Source: the human T2T-CHM13v2.0 reference genome, Homo sapiens
Strand: one strand, 5' to 3'
NCBI RefSeq assembly: GCF_009914755.1
Contig: NC_060925.1
Length of the DNA: 64,000 bases
Positions 1 through 16,092 of the stretch are shown here, piece after piece; the first letter of the stretch is position 1, and each line of letters starts with the position of its first letter. Both the position numbers and the translations under genes were made by a program. The notes beneath the pieces were generated by a model. That model saw only the letters and a list, made by a program, of their open reading frames with translations. It was not told the origin of the DNA and searched no databases.

Positions 1-199
1 TATTTTTGCATATGTATGTAACAATGTTATGTTACTTTTATGACAAGACAGTAAAAGGCATTTTTGAAAATTGAAAATGAAATAAAACTAGAAAGCATAG
101 TTAAATCCTGTGGCAGAATCGGTATCTAAAAATAATCTTAGTAGGCTGAGATTGATGGACTGAATCCAGTGAAGTTTAATCAGGATGGATGAAAAAAGT

Positions 200-216
200 A
201 TAGACAGATAGATAGG

Positions 217-256
<40 letters not shown>
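200..256 (+). repeat. (GATA)n tetranucleotide microsatellite with GACA/GGTA interruptions
   Basis: tagacagatagataggtagatagatagatag... read directly. Confidence 0.95.
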
Positions 257-1089
257 GTAATAAGTTAGTCATATCACTGGCTTTAAGAAAACCACCTATA
301 ACCAATATAGAAAATGAGGCAGGGGGCATAGTGGCAGCATATGTTAAAGACTTAGGGGGTTTAATTTACTCTAGCCACTTAACTTTCTGGTTGTAAGCAG
401 CCAGCTGTTCTCTCCCCATTTCATTTCATCTCACTCTCAGCTTAGTCTCTTGATGGCAAACCTCCATCAAGAGGTGGTGCTTCCTCATGCTGACATTTAA
501 GTCTCTTCAGCATTTACTCTGATCTGTTCTAGCCATCTAGTTGTCTATTCATCTTTTCTGACTTTTTTCAAGTTCTTTCTTTGGAGTCCTCCTGTTCCCC
601 TCACTTTTGCTCGTACTTCAGAGATCCATCTCAAGTGCTGCCCTCTCCTGGAAGTCTACCTCTTGTAGTGCAGTCACATTTTACTGAAATGTATAATTCT
701 GGGAATTTCACATGCTGAGAAATTTAAATAAAAGTTTCTTGCTTTATGTGCAAAATTTGAAATAATCCAAACCCCTCTCTATTAGAAAACACATAACTTC
801 CTATTGCCATAGAACATACAGCTTTAAAAAGAAACACTAGCTATCTTTTGTCAGTTTTTTGTGACCCACCAGCATTCTGAAGTACAGGATATCTGTCAGT
901 GCCATTGCTTGAAAACATTCCCCAGAAGCATTCACTTTAGAATGGAAGTTAGATGTTGTAAACTCGGGAAGAAGGCCAAATGATGACCATGACACAACTT
1001 GCTACAAAATATTAAAGCTGATGCTGGGGGTGAGGGGGCAGAATTTAAAAGCACACTTAAAATAGTTGAATTGTGAAAAGGCATAAAGA

Positions 1090-1372
1090 AAGCGTGGTGA
1101 TTAAGTGTGGGCTGAGGAGCCAGATGGCTCTAGTTCAAATCCTGAATCTAACACCTATTGGATGACTTTGCCCAAATAATTCAATCTCTCATGTTTCCTC
1201 ATTTAAAAAAAAAAAAAATTCCCAAAAGACAACTTGACAGTGGCTCCTCATTTTTGAAATGGGCTGATAATAACTCCTAGCTCATGGAGTTGTGCATATT
1301 AAATAAGTTTAGTGGCCGTAAAGCTCTTAGGAAGTGCCTAACCCATACTATGTGCTCAGTAAATATAATTAT
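1090..1372 (+). mobile_element. MIR SINE
   Basis: gtggtgattaag...gttcaaatcctgaatct...tttcctcattt...ataataactcctagctcatggagttgtg...gtgctcagtaaat resembles the MIR consensus. Confidence 0.7.
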
Positions 1373-1779
1373 TTCATTAGGAAAGTTAATCCTGAACTAT
1401 GTGAAATTTAAATTGGAATGTATTCTTTAAACATTAAATGTGACCATCCTGAAAGAAATTCTCCTTTCTTGATAGTTTCAAGGAATAGTCAGAATGCTGC
1501 CAAGCTCCTTGAAACCATGTAGTGAGAAATGTAGAGAGAATTAAGGGTGAGGGGAGATTTTTTTTGCTTTGAAAATGTAGTCATGCTTATTAAAGAAAAT
1601 TTGAGAAGTTTAGAAAAGTATAAAGATGACAAAAATTGCTCATATTCCTGCTACCTCAGTGCTAACCATGTAAGCATTTTAGTTAATTTCTTCTAGTCAT
1701 TTTCCCCTTGGACATTAATTTTTTCAATGTACAGACATACGTGATTATAACACATATACAGAACTAGAGGTTATTTAGC

Positions 1780-2140
1780 CTAGAGAAGTGAACCAATGTA
1801 GCAGTCTAGATGAGGGATATTGGGGGCCTGGTTTAGGTGAATGGCTACAGAGATAAAGCATAGGGACAGGAGACAAAGATATTTCTGAGATAGAATCAAC
1901 AAACTTTGGTGTGGTGGTTTCAAAGATAGTTTTTTAGCTCTGGCTCCTGAAAGGAGGCAGATGGAACATAGGAGGAAGAGCATATTTGCTGGGGAAGATG
2001 TTTGGTTTTGGACATGCTGAGTTTGAGATTTGAATAGGACATCCAGATGGAAATATGTAATAGGCAGTTGAGGTATATAGCAAGGACTTGAGAGAGTAAT
2101 TTGAGGGTAATCTGCTTGGGATGTGAATGAGAGCACCGAA
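1780..2140 (-). mobile_element. L2 LINE fragment
   Basis: ttttggacatgctgagtttgagat...gacatccagatggaaatatg...aggcagttg is typical antisense L2; explains ORFs 1780..2136 and 1920..2147. Confidence 0.7.
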
Positions 2141-2417
2141 TAGTCAAATATGGTGCGTAAGTGAGCTAATTTTTTACTTATATATCTGACCCCTTAGTAT
2201 ATATCATAGCCTTTCAAGGGCAGGAATAGAGTCTCCATCCTTACTTCCCAGCACAGTACAAAATAGTAGGTATTTGTGGAATGAGTTTACTGAAACAAAA
2301 GAGAGAGGTCATTAATTTGGTCACTGTAGAATGAACTTTAGGAGGTCATCTTTATCATTTATTGCCCCTTTTCTCTTCAGTTGTGATTTCAGTTCCTAAA
2401 GAAAAATAAGAGACCGT

Positions 2418-2686
2418 GGCTGGGTACAGTGGCTCACACCTGTAATCCCAGCACTTTGAGAGGCCAAGGTGGGAGGACCACTTGAGGCCCAGGAATTTGA
2501 GACCAGACTGGGCAGCAAAGAGACCCTGTCCCTACAAAAAAAAAGTTTTTTTTAATTGGCTGGGCATGGTGATGCACTTCTCCAGTCCTAGCTACTCAGG
2601 AGGCTGAGGTGGGTGGGAGAGAGGATCACTTGAGCCTAGGAGTTTGAGGTTATAGTGAGCTGTGATTGAACCACTGAACTCTAGCC
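2418..2686 (+). mobile_element. AluJ-like element, 3'-truncated
   Basis: ggctgggtacagtggctcacacctgtaatccc...; stops at ccactgaactctagcc with no tail. Confidence 0.9.
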
Positions 2687-2890
2687 GGGTTCAAGCAATT
2701 CTCCAGCCTCAGCCTCCCAAGTAGCTGGGACTAGAGGCATGCGCCACCACGCCCGGCTACTTTCTGTATTTTTAGTAGAGACAGGGTTTCACCATGTTGG
2801 CCAGGCTGGTCTGAACTCCTGACCTCAAGTGATACACCTGCCTCGGCCTCCCAAAGTGCTGGGATTACAGGCGTGAGCCACCTTGCCTAG
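2687..2890 (-). mobile_element. AluS-like element, 3'-truncated and fused to the previous Alu
   Basis: gggttcaagcaattctcc...gggattacaggcgtgagccacc. Confidence 0.9.
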
Positions 2891-2902
2891 TCCAGTTTTT
2901 TA

Positions 2903-2977
2903 AATGCAAGATTAGGTTGAAAGGATTACAGCCATCCTGTTATTTGGATGGCTGTAATCCTTTCAACCTAATCTTGC

Positions 2978-2980
<3 letters not shown>
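2903..2980. repeat. Perfect 35-bp inverted repeat with 8-nt spacer
   Basis: aatgcaagattaggttgaaaggattacagccatcc (2903-2937) / tgttattt / ggatggctgtaatcctttcaacctaatcttgcatt (2946-2980). Confidence 0.98.
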
Positions 2981-3760
<780 letters not shown>

Positions 3761-4473
3761 GATAATGAAGAAGATTGATTATTCCAGCCATTCTTCACAT
3801 ACCCAGAGTATGCTTATAGTGGGTATAAGAGATCTCACTACTTAATTTGAACCAACACATGAGGGGGTAAAGATTTAGGAATATAAAAAGTATAAATTAG
3901 TATAGAGCAAACTGGAAGTTCCTCAAGAGTATTGAATCTTTGAAATTGTGTAGCTTACAGAAGTCCTGGTGGAATGTCTGTCAGAAGCTATTAGATTGGT
4001 GGCAAGAGCGTTCTAAGTGGACAGGTGGATTGTGGAAAGACTAACCCCATCTGTATGCACTCTGTCCTTCTCTTTGCATACTTTAGTTAGCAGTTGGTTA
4101 ATTTGCATGTGTGGTTTCAGCCATCATGTTGTATTGACTCATTCTGAAAGCTCTGTGAGGATAGGCCACATGTCTGCCCGCCCCCACTGCATCTAGCACT
4201 TTATGTGTGATAATCTATTGAAAAATATTTGTCAAATGAATAAAATGGTGAATGTATTCAGCAGACATTTAGTGAGACTTGAGAATGTCCTGTGGGGGTG
4301 GAAGTGGGTAGAGGAGTGGTAGGCCTATAAGGATTGATGAGACATAATGTCTGACTTTAAGGAACATAAATCTGGCACTAAATATAAATTTTTGAAACTC
4401 CTTAATTCTTAGATTAGCCAATGCAGACAGTAAGTAACTTACTGACCTAAACCAGAATTTTTTTGTAACATAG

Positions 4474-4795
<322 letters not shown>

Positions 4796-6521
4796 GATTT
4801 TAATAAATTAGGTGAAATCTTAGTTATGTAACAGACACCCATTCTGCATTCTTTCTCTACTAATTCAGCTGGGAAGCAGGATTGCTTAGGGGTCAGTTTT
4901 ATAATGTTACTCAGTTTTTTTATTTTATTAAAATTAGGGATTTGATTAAGTGGTGACATGTTGCTTTTCTGAAATTACAGAAGGGCATTTATCTAAAGTG
5001 ACTGTGACCAAGTAGCAAGATACTTAATTGAGTAGGTCGGTATACTAAAAATAGCTCAACTGACTGTAATGATTCAGGTATGCAAAGATCAGATAATGCA
5101 ATATATTAGTTAAGGGAACTTTTACTGTATATGGTATAATGGTCTATGGTATATTTCCTTGTAAGTTGTTTCTCTCTCTCTCTTTTTTTAAATGTTAAAG
5201 TAATCAAGATGATGCTAACAGTCAGTTACCAGAACTCATACAGGGACCATTTGTGTGGAAACTAAAGCTGCAGAAAATCCAGCAGAATCCTGCGCTACTA
5301 TTGTAGTTATTTGTAGTTGTTTAGGCAGAAAAATCAAAGACAGGAAGTTAGGAATGTTTGAAGACATTATTCTAGGGTAATGAATTCAGATAAGATGTAT
5401 TTCACTCATGTTAAAGCTATCCTCTGAAAATAAGACTTGCCTATAGAAGTATCCCCAACCAAAAGCCTATTAGGAACTCCCTAGCCCAGTCAGACAGAAT
5501 GTGTATTCCAGGGAGAAGGCTGTATCCTGCTTATGTTAGACTGTACTACATACTTCACGTCTTAACTAGATATACCAATTAAGAATAGGCAAAACCTAAT
5601 CAGTTGTCAGAAGGAAGATATATATGAACAAGAGAGAAAACAACTCCATGGAACTCAGAAGGAGAGTCCCCAAACATGAATTTGGCAGTGATTTTTCAAC
5701 ACTGTCCAGGGAGAACATAAGCCAGCTTTCCACCATCATTTGGACAAATTTTTAGTGATAGGACACATATAATTTATCAGGCTTTATTGTGGTTTCATTT
5801 TCTTTTGGTTTAGATTCAATACTCACCAGATAACTTCTCAGATGCCACAGTATGAGGAATAGGGTACCCTGTGTGGTAAGAGGACTATTCCCCCCATTGT
5901 AACCAAATAAACTGGCATTTGGCCTATATGGTAATTTTCTTCATAAACTTTATAAAAAATAAATATATATTTTGTTGAGGATACAGGGCTAGTGAAAAAT
6001 AAAAATATCAATATAACATTAACCTTTTAGAAATTAGTTAGCATAAATTAACCCTTGGAAGCCTAATCAATTCCATGTGTCCAGAAAAAAAAAAAAAGGA
6101 TTTTATGGTGCTGTAGAACTGAGAGTCATATTCAGGAATAATTCATCTCTTGTTGTAGAAGGCAGGGATCATAGTCTTATTCTTATGTACCCAGTGCTTG
6201 GCACATGGTTGAAAACTCATTATTGAATTATAGAGATGGCAACTCCAGACCTATAGTGAGAACAACTAGACATTTTATGGCTCTACTCTTAGAATTATTC
6301 TGACATCAAAAGAGTAGTTCTGCCATTTCTTTAACTCAGCAGAAATCATTCATTAAGTGATGAAAATAGAAGCTTCTAAACAAACCAGAGCCTTAAAAGG
6401 CAAATAAAAGGTATATGCATCTGTTAGAAAAAAAATGGGAGAGCTATGTGGTGTGTTTGAGGACAAAGACAATCTGTTTCATTATTTTTATTTGTAAATA
6501 ATTTTTAATTTTATTTTGTAG

Positions 6522-6676
6522 ACCTTATTGCAATATGCAAGCAACAAGAATGCATCAGAACATATTGTGTATCTTCTGGAGGTATATCGACTTGCCATCC
6601 AAAGCTTTGCCAGTGCACGTCCATACTTAACTACTGAATGTGAAGATGTCCTCTTAGTGCTTGGCAGATTAGTACT
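6522..6676 (+). CDS. RLF: RLF coding exon 2 (155 nt; TLLQYASNKNASEHIVYLLEVYRLAIQSFASARPYLTTECEDVLLVLGRLVL)
   Basis: Acceptor ttattttgtag|ACC, donor ACT|gtaagt; open frame, phase 0 to 2, joins exon 3 in frame. Peptide recognised as the RLF/ZNF292 N-terminal region. Confidence 0.95.
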
Positions 6677-7111
6677 GTAAGTTTGAGAACTTAAATCACT
6701 CTTAAAATTGAGTACCATTGGTCGTGTTGTTTGCCTGGTTTCTCTTTACAGTGGCATCACATTTATTCTTCAGAGCACCATTAGAGTCATACCATTGAAT
6801 GAAATTTCCTTCCTACTCACGTTCCCAGGAGATATAGTCCAAGTGAAGCTCCAGCCAAGCAACATCATCTTTAACTTGCCTCTAGAGTCTCTTTTCCTAT
6901 TCAGGCTTGGAATCTGAGAATGATATATTTCTATCCCTTAGGTATAGATTGATTTAAATGACAGAATACCTGGAAACTGGTAGTCCTTGAAGAACATCTT
7001 GGCAAAAACAACATGAAATTCTGCAATTTGATTATATTTGAACTAAGAATAATTTTATTAGCAAAAAATATCAGGGTACAGTATAAGATTACCATCCTAA
7101 GAAAGAGATCA

Positions 7112-7387
<276 letters not shown>

Positions 7388-8238
7388 TCAGTTTTAGCTG
7401 GGCATCACCTTGTTCAACTTACAGATTGTTTAGTGAGATGACTTCTAGTCTAGATGGTTTATTTTATTTTTTTTCTAGCCTCACCTGTTTTCCTTCCTAT
7501 TTTCCAGTGGCCCTTTATGGAAGACCAGCATTCCTGGTTTTATGATCATATTTTTCCTTCTACCAAGTCCTAGTTTCTGTTTTACCTATTGTAATCCCTA
7601 AGGGGTAAAGGATTATTCTGTAGGGTTTTAGAGAGATGTTGATTCATTGGTATTTTGAGTTGCTCATTATTCAAGTTGTAGTGCATTTCTTTTTTCAAAA
7701 AAATCTTCCTGTTATTTCTTTTCTGTGTCTTCTGGATAATAGTCAGAAAAAGGAAACTCTTTTGCTTGGTTTTTTTTACAGGTAAAGAAACGACTTTGCC
7801 AGTCTTCCTGCTTCCTCTGCAAGTGACAGAAACCTATAGATAACAGTTACATATATTTATCATTTATCATTTTATCAGCTGAATTGACAGTAGTATGAGC
7901 TCCCATTTTTGTCTACTGGAATTAGAATTGTCCTATATGGGTGCCTCTTCACACCCAAATAAACAAAATAAAACTGCTTGGAATGTGATTTCTAAAGAGC
8001 TTATTATATTCTTACCAAATGTACTAAAGCAACAATGTAAATATAAAGCCTTGTGGTCTTTCTTTTTTTCCTCCTTTTTAAATTGAACAGTCAATATAAC
8101 AACTCTGAAGCAAATTTTGAAGAGTAAAAACATTTAAAATAGCCTAAACAAATGTAAAATAGATTTTTAGTATTGCTGTCATACTCTACTTAATTATTAC
8201 TATAACCACCTTTATATACTTACTCATTTTTATTGTAG

Positions 8239-8320
8239 GAGTTGTTTCGAATTACTGCTTTCAGTGTCTGAAAGTGAACTGCCATGTGAAGTCTGGCTAC
8301 CATTCCTTCAGTCTCTACAG
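8239..8320 (+). CDS. RLF: RLF coding exon 3 (82 nt; SCFELLLSVSESELPCEVWLPFLQSLQ)
   Basis: tttttattgtag|G ... CAG|gtgagt; phase 2 to 0; completes the CT+G Leu codon from exon 2. Confidence 0.95.
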
Positions 8321-8722
8321 GTGAGTTGATTTTAACTCAGAAAAGTTTTCTGTATCCAAGACACCTAATTAATTACTCCCAGCAAACTAAAATTGGAACC
8401 TTAGAACAAAAACAAGTTTATTATATATTGATATTAGGTCATGAAATGATAAAAAGGCCCTTCACATGAAGGGGATGTATTAAAAATGGGTTTTTTAAAT
8501 TTGGTTTTGTTTGCCTCTACATAGTTAGAAATCAACAAAAAAGTTTCATTATTCAAACATAAAGTTTAGACAGCATAAAGCTATCAAAATCATACATGAT
8601 TATAAAGTAACAGTATTTGGATCCTTCATAGCATACTTATTGGTAACCTTCAATATACAAAACACTATTTCATTACATCTAAGGTTCACCTTTTTCTTCC
8701 TAACACTTTAAGAATTGTACCT

Positions 8723-9225
<503 letters not shown>

Positions 9226-9782
9226 TTATTGATCACTAATTATGTACCAATCACTGCTTTACACTACATTTTACTTGTTTTATATCTTCTAATCAAATTA
9301 CAAACCTTATAGTGTGAGAATTATTTGAATCTCCATTTACAAATGGGGAGACAGGTGAAGAGAGGTTAATTAGCTTGGACAAAGTTACACACAGATTTCA
9401 AACCCTGAGCTTACTTTGCTAACTACTTCCTTGAGGACACAGCTTAGACCTGTTTCATGGAGGCACAAATAAAGACATGCATATTAACAGACACACTTCA
9501 TTATCTGAACATTTCTTTCCTCTGGAATACATAACCCAAAATGAAATGATATAATGTTCTCTTTAGTGAGAAGAGGATTCTTTGTCATGTTCTTGGCCTA
9601 TTTAAAGCCCTGTAATGCAGTCCTAATATCTCACATATCCGTACAGCTGCTAAAATCATCTTTCATGCGTAGCACTTTGATTTTTGTCACTCTGTGTTCT
9701 GAAGCCTGCCAGTCGTTTTGTTCTGGCATATGGCATCCTAGAAGGGCAAATCCTAATTAGGACTATTACTACTATATTAATA

Positions 9783-9990
9783 CTGTTTGAGTATCCCATA
9801 TCTCAAATGCTTAGGAGTAGTTTGGATTTTGGAATATTTGCATTACACTTAGTAGTTCAGCATCCCTAATCTGAAAATCCGAAATGCTCCAGTGAGCATT
9901 TCTTTTGAGTATCGTGTTGATGCTTACAAAGTTTTGGATTTGAGGAACATTTTGGATTTCAGATTTTTGGATTAGGGACACTCAACCTCT
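9783..9990. mobile_element. Tigger4/MER46-like non-autonomous TcMar DNA transposon
   Basis: Terminal inverted repeats tgtttgagtatccc ... gggacactcaacct; internal catccctaatctgaaaatccgaaatgctcca. Confidence 0.8.
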
Positions 9991-11829
9991 ATCCTTTTTA
10001 GAGGGAAATCTCTCATATTTCTTTATTATTTTCTTAGCTTGCTTGAATAAAATAGTTGCCTCTTTTTCCACTTGCATAAGCTTTTTCAGGTTTATCAGAT
10101 GTGTAGGATATATTTTTTAACATGTGTTCAGTAAATAAATGTAGTAGGGGTACAAATAAATGTTAAGACATGATCCCTGTTGAAATCCAAAAGATAAAAA
10201 GCCCTTAAGTTTTCTTATTTTATATTATAAATGGACAAGGCAGCAAATGGTATTAAGGATACTTTTGGTAAGAGAATAGTTTTTATCAGAGCAGGCTGCA
10301 GGTAGAATATTTCTCAATTACTATTTACAGCTGAGTAACTGTTTTCCTATGGACATAAAAATATACACTCTGCAAATGATTTTTTAATGAAAAATGACAG
10401 CCTATTTTCTGCAACTTGGTTTTTTACATAATAATCATGGACATACATCTAAGATTGCATATGTAGATCTCCTGTTTTGATGATCACCTAGAATTCTGTT
10501 TTGTGGTTGTGCCTTTAATTGACCAATGTCTTGCTATTTACTGTAAATGGTGCAAGAGTGAACATCTTGAAAAGGGCGGCAGAGTGGTCTTAGCAAAAAA
10601 AAAAAAAAAAAAAGAGCATCTTGTGCTATTATTTCTGTATTGTAGATTTCAAGAACTGGGCTAGGATATTTCCACCTTAAAAAGAAACAAATTGAAGTTT
10701 TAAAATTATTCTTGAAATGCTACCATAGTTTTTGTAGTTTTATAGATTTAACATTATTTTTAAAAAATAACTTTGCTATATTAGATGTCTATTGGTAACA
10801 AAGGATTACATACCATTCTTATTCTGAGTAAACTGTATTTTGAACTTTAACAAATGAGAAAGTAGAGAACTTTTAAAAAGAAACTCAAACTGTGGTTTTT
10901 ATTTCAGTTGCTGCATATCATGGTGGGTGGTAGTATTTTCTGCTAAAGTGTAATGGTACAGGTCAGTTAGACATTATAAATATGATAAACCTGACACCTC
11001 AAATTTTTAACTTTTCACATGGACTTTTTCTCCTCACTCCAAAGTAAACGCGAGTCATTCTAAGTTAAGAAGAAAGAAGCCTGAGGACAAGTCAAGCTGT
11101 TAAAGCAAAATTGCAGCATTTGTTAAATATTGCTATTGGTGAACTAATAATTAGAAATATTACTTTCTGTATCAATTCCATATTTTAAGTCCTTTCTCAG
11201 TGGAAAATAATGCAACATATTGGGTGGGTGTGTGGGTGGGTGTATATGTGTAGTAAAAGCCTATTTTAACATGAAGGTTAAGGGATGGGGGAGACTTTAT
11301 ATCTTGTAGTTTTCACTTGAGTGAATACTAAACTATATTCTTATGCCTGTGAACATTTTTGGCTTATATTTTCCAAAGAAATGTTGACGTAAATGGAAGC
11401 TTATGTTCCTAGAGAATTTCAGGAGTTTAAAATAAGGGAAACAAATTAGAATTTTAGAACATGGGAACAAGCTCACCATAATCAATAATACTCAGTAGTA
11501 ATAGAGGACAGTGAAACATATACGTAATCATTTATACTGAATTACATTTCTGACTCCTTTTCCCTCACCCTTGAATATAAGAACTTTAATGAACAAACTA
11601 TTGGTAAATACATTTTGTTTGCTGAGTTAATAACTTAGACTTTTCAGGACATTTTATATAGAGCCACCTGTCATTTAAATAGCAATTTTTTAGACGAATT
11701 TAAACAATTATATAATGATTTGTGTCACTAAGTAATACTCCTGTAATTCCTGTTAGAGGAACAGGCAGCCTGTGTGAATACTGCAGAATTCTTTAAAAGA
11801 AAGCGGCACCAATGGCTTTCAAATAATTA

Positions 11830-12090
11830 AATGGGCACAGTGGCTCATGCCTTTAATCTCAACACTTTGGGAGGCTGAGGCAGGTGGATCACCTGAGGTC
11901 AGGAGTTCGAGACCAGCCAGGACCAACGTGGCAAAACCCCGTCTCTACTAAAAATACAAAAATTAGCCAGGCGTGGTGGCAGGCGCCTGTAATCCCAGCT
12001 ACTTGGGAGATTGAGGCAGGAGAATCGCTTGAACCAACAAGAGCAAAACTCCATCTCCAAAAAAAAAAAACCAACAAAACAAAAAAAATA
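11830..12090 (+). mobile_element. Alu with internal deletion in the right arm
   Basis: cgcttgaacc joined directly to aacaagagcaaaactccatctc. Confidence 0.88.
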
Positions 12091-12279
12091 AATCAGCCTC
12101 CACCAGGGCTATCATTCAAGTCTTCAGAGTCTGCTAGTAACATGAGTGATCCTAATAGTAGGGCACTCCAAATATCCAACAGTAATGCAAGGACCTAACT
12201 TGAATTGTGATAATTTTACCAGGGAGGAATTCAGGAAAACGTTTTAAAGGCACTCTTTTACTTAGTGAAAACATCCTAG

Positions 12280-12949
<670 letters not shown>

Positions 12950-13102
12950 TCACAAGGCTTTGAGTATAGTCTTTTTTGGTTACTTATTTTCAGGAAATCC
13001 AAATAGGTTCTTTCAATTCCTAGGTGTATCAGATATGTTGAAAAGGCAAAACTAATTTTTATATTGTTAACTTATTTTCTGGGTGTGCTGTTCTTGTTCT
13101 AG

Positions 13103-13235
13103 GAGTCACATGATGCATTATTGGAATTTGGGAATAATAACCTACAAATATTGGTTCATGTTACCAAGGAAGGGGTGTGGAAAAACCCAGTTCTTCTTAA
13201 AATTCTGTCTCAACAGCCAGTAGAAACGGAGGAAG
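13103..13235 (+). CDS. RLF: RLF coding exon 4 (133 nt; ESHDALLEFGNNNLQILVHVTKEGVWKNPVLLKILSQQPVETEE)
   Basis: ttcttgttctag|GAG ... AAG|gtaagt; phase 0 to 1; open frame. Confidence 0.95.
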
Positions 13236-13525
13236 GTAAGTCTTAAGACTATATTGGATGAGGATTTAGTTCTGAGAACGTTGGAATTGATTATGGGTTA
13301 AAATTTTGGGAATTTAACTTGTGTATATATCTAGTCTTTCTGTTTTTACTTTGAGTAGTAAAAATTAACTATTAGCATTTAATGTTTTGCTTAAGTAAGG
13401 ATTCTTGCACTGTTAGTTTTAAGTCCCTTTACACTCATTTTTAAATTTTGCATTGAGTAGCAATGTTCATACAAAGTTCCTGAGACAGAAATGAATAATC
13501 TGCTGTAATCTTTGGTGTGTGGTAG

Positions 13526-14275
<750 letters not shown>

Positions 14276-15450
14276 TGAAATATCTTATTTGCAAAATTGT
14301 CAGTCGAAGACCAGAAAAATTATGTATTTGAATTGACATTTGCATTTTAGATCACAAAAGTATCTTCTTTGATAGAGCCAACAACTGTAACTTCATTTAC
14401 GTCAAGTTAGTGGAAAGTTCAAAGGATTACACTCTGTTAAGTACATTTTTTGCTATAAAAACAGACTTTAGAACAATTATTACACATTTTGAGATATCTT
14501 TAGGTCTTAGAACTAGCCATTTGATTGTCGATCCTTTAAAATATCCCAGTTAGTTTATCCATTCACCAAGCTTAAGCACCTACCATATACATGGTGTTTG
14601 GACCTCTCTGTATAGTGAGAAGATGGGCATAAAGGCACTTAGATTTTCTCTTGATCCGTTTCCTCTGATCATTCTAGTGCTTACCAGTTGCACTGACAAG
14701 AAAAAAAAAGAATAAGGAAAAGTGCTGTTAAATAGAAAAAGATTGGTGTTTATAGTTTTCCATTGAGGTCCTCAATAAACGGCATCCCCTTGTAAATGTA
14801 GGTAGATGGAGGCTAAAGTATCACCTTTGTTATTGACAAAAGCTGTTAGAACCAGGTAATTTCAGAAACATCCCAGAATTGGGCAGATCCTATCCAGATA
14901 AGTCTTGACTGGGGCAGAGGAGATTGCATGTTTTGTGCAGGCAGGCCCAAGCCCAAGAGGAAAAAAGGGTGGGGTTGAGTTAAACATCCTTAGTGTATTT
15001 TCCCCTGATATACTAATCAACTATGTCACCCCACCTCTGGAGTTAACAGTAATTAATCATTTTTAACATAGAAAAACATCAAGAAATGGGGAGAAGCATT
15101 GCTTACCTAACATTCTTGGTATCCTGTTTATTCAGTAAATATTAATTAAGCACTCACTATCTTTAAGACTCTGAATAGGTACATGATACCTACATATCCA
15201 AGGAATTATGTTGAGGACCACAGTATAAGTGGTGGGTAACATGTAGCCTGCCTCCTTTCACAGTTGGCCCTTAATCTAATTTCAGGTCAAAAGATTAAAA
15301 AGCTTTCTTTATATCTCTGCTGCCCCTGCAGGCCAGATATTTAACATATTTGATACCAAAAAGCAGTGATGTTCATCTCACTGATTGTCTTCTGTAATAA
15401 GTGCCAATTGTTGATAATTTTACCTGATATTCACCTGACATGATCAGTAA

Positions 15451-16092
<642 letters not shown>

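Noticed and set aside
2903-2980. Calling the 78-nt palindrome a MADE1/Hsmar MITE or an annotated miRNA
   Set aside because: Only 'ttaggttg' resembles the mariner TIR and the rest does not match; I recognise no miRNA here.
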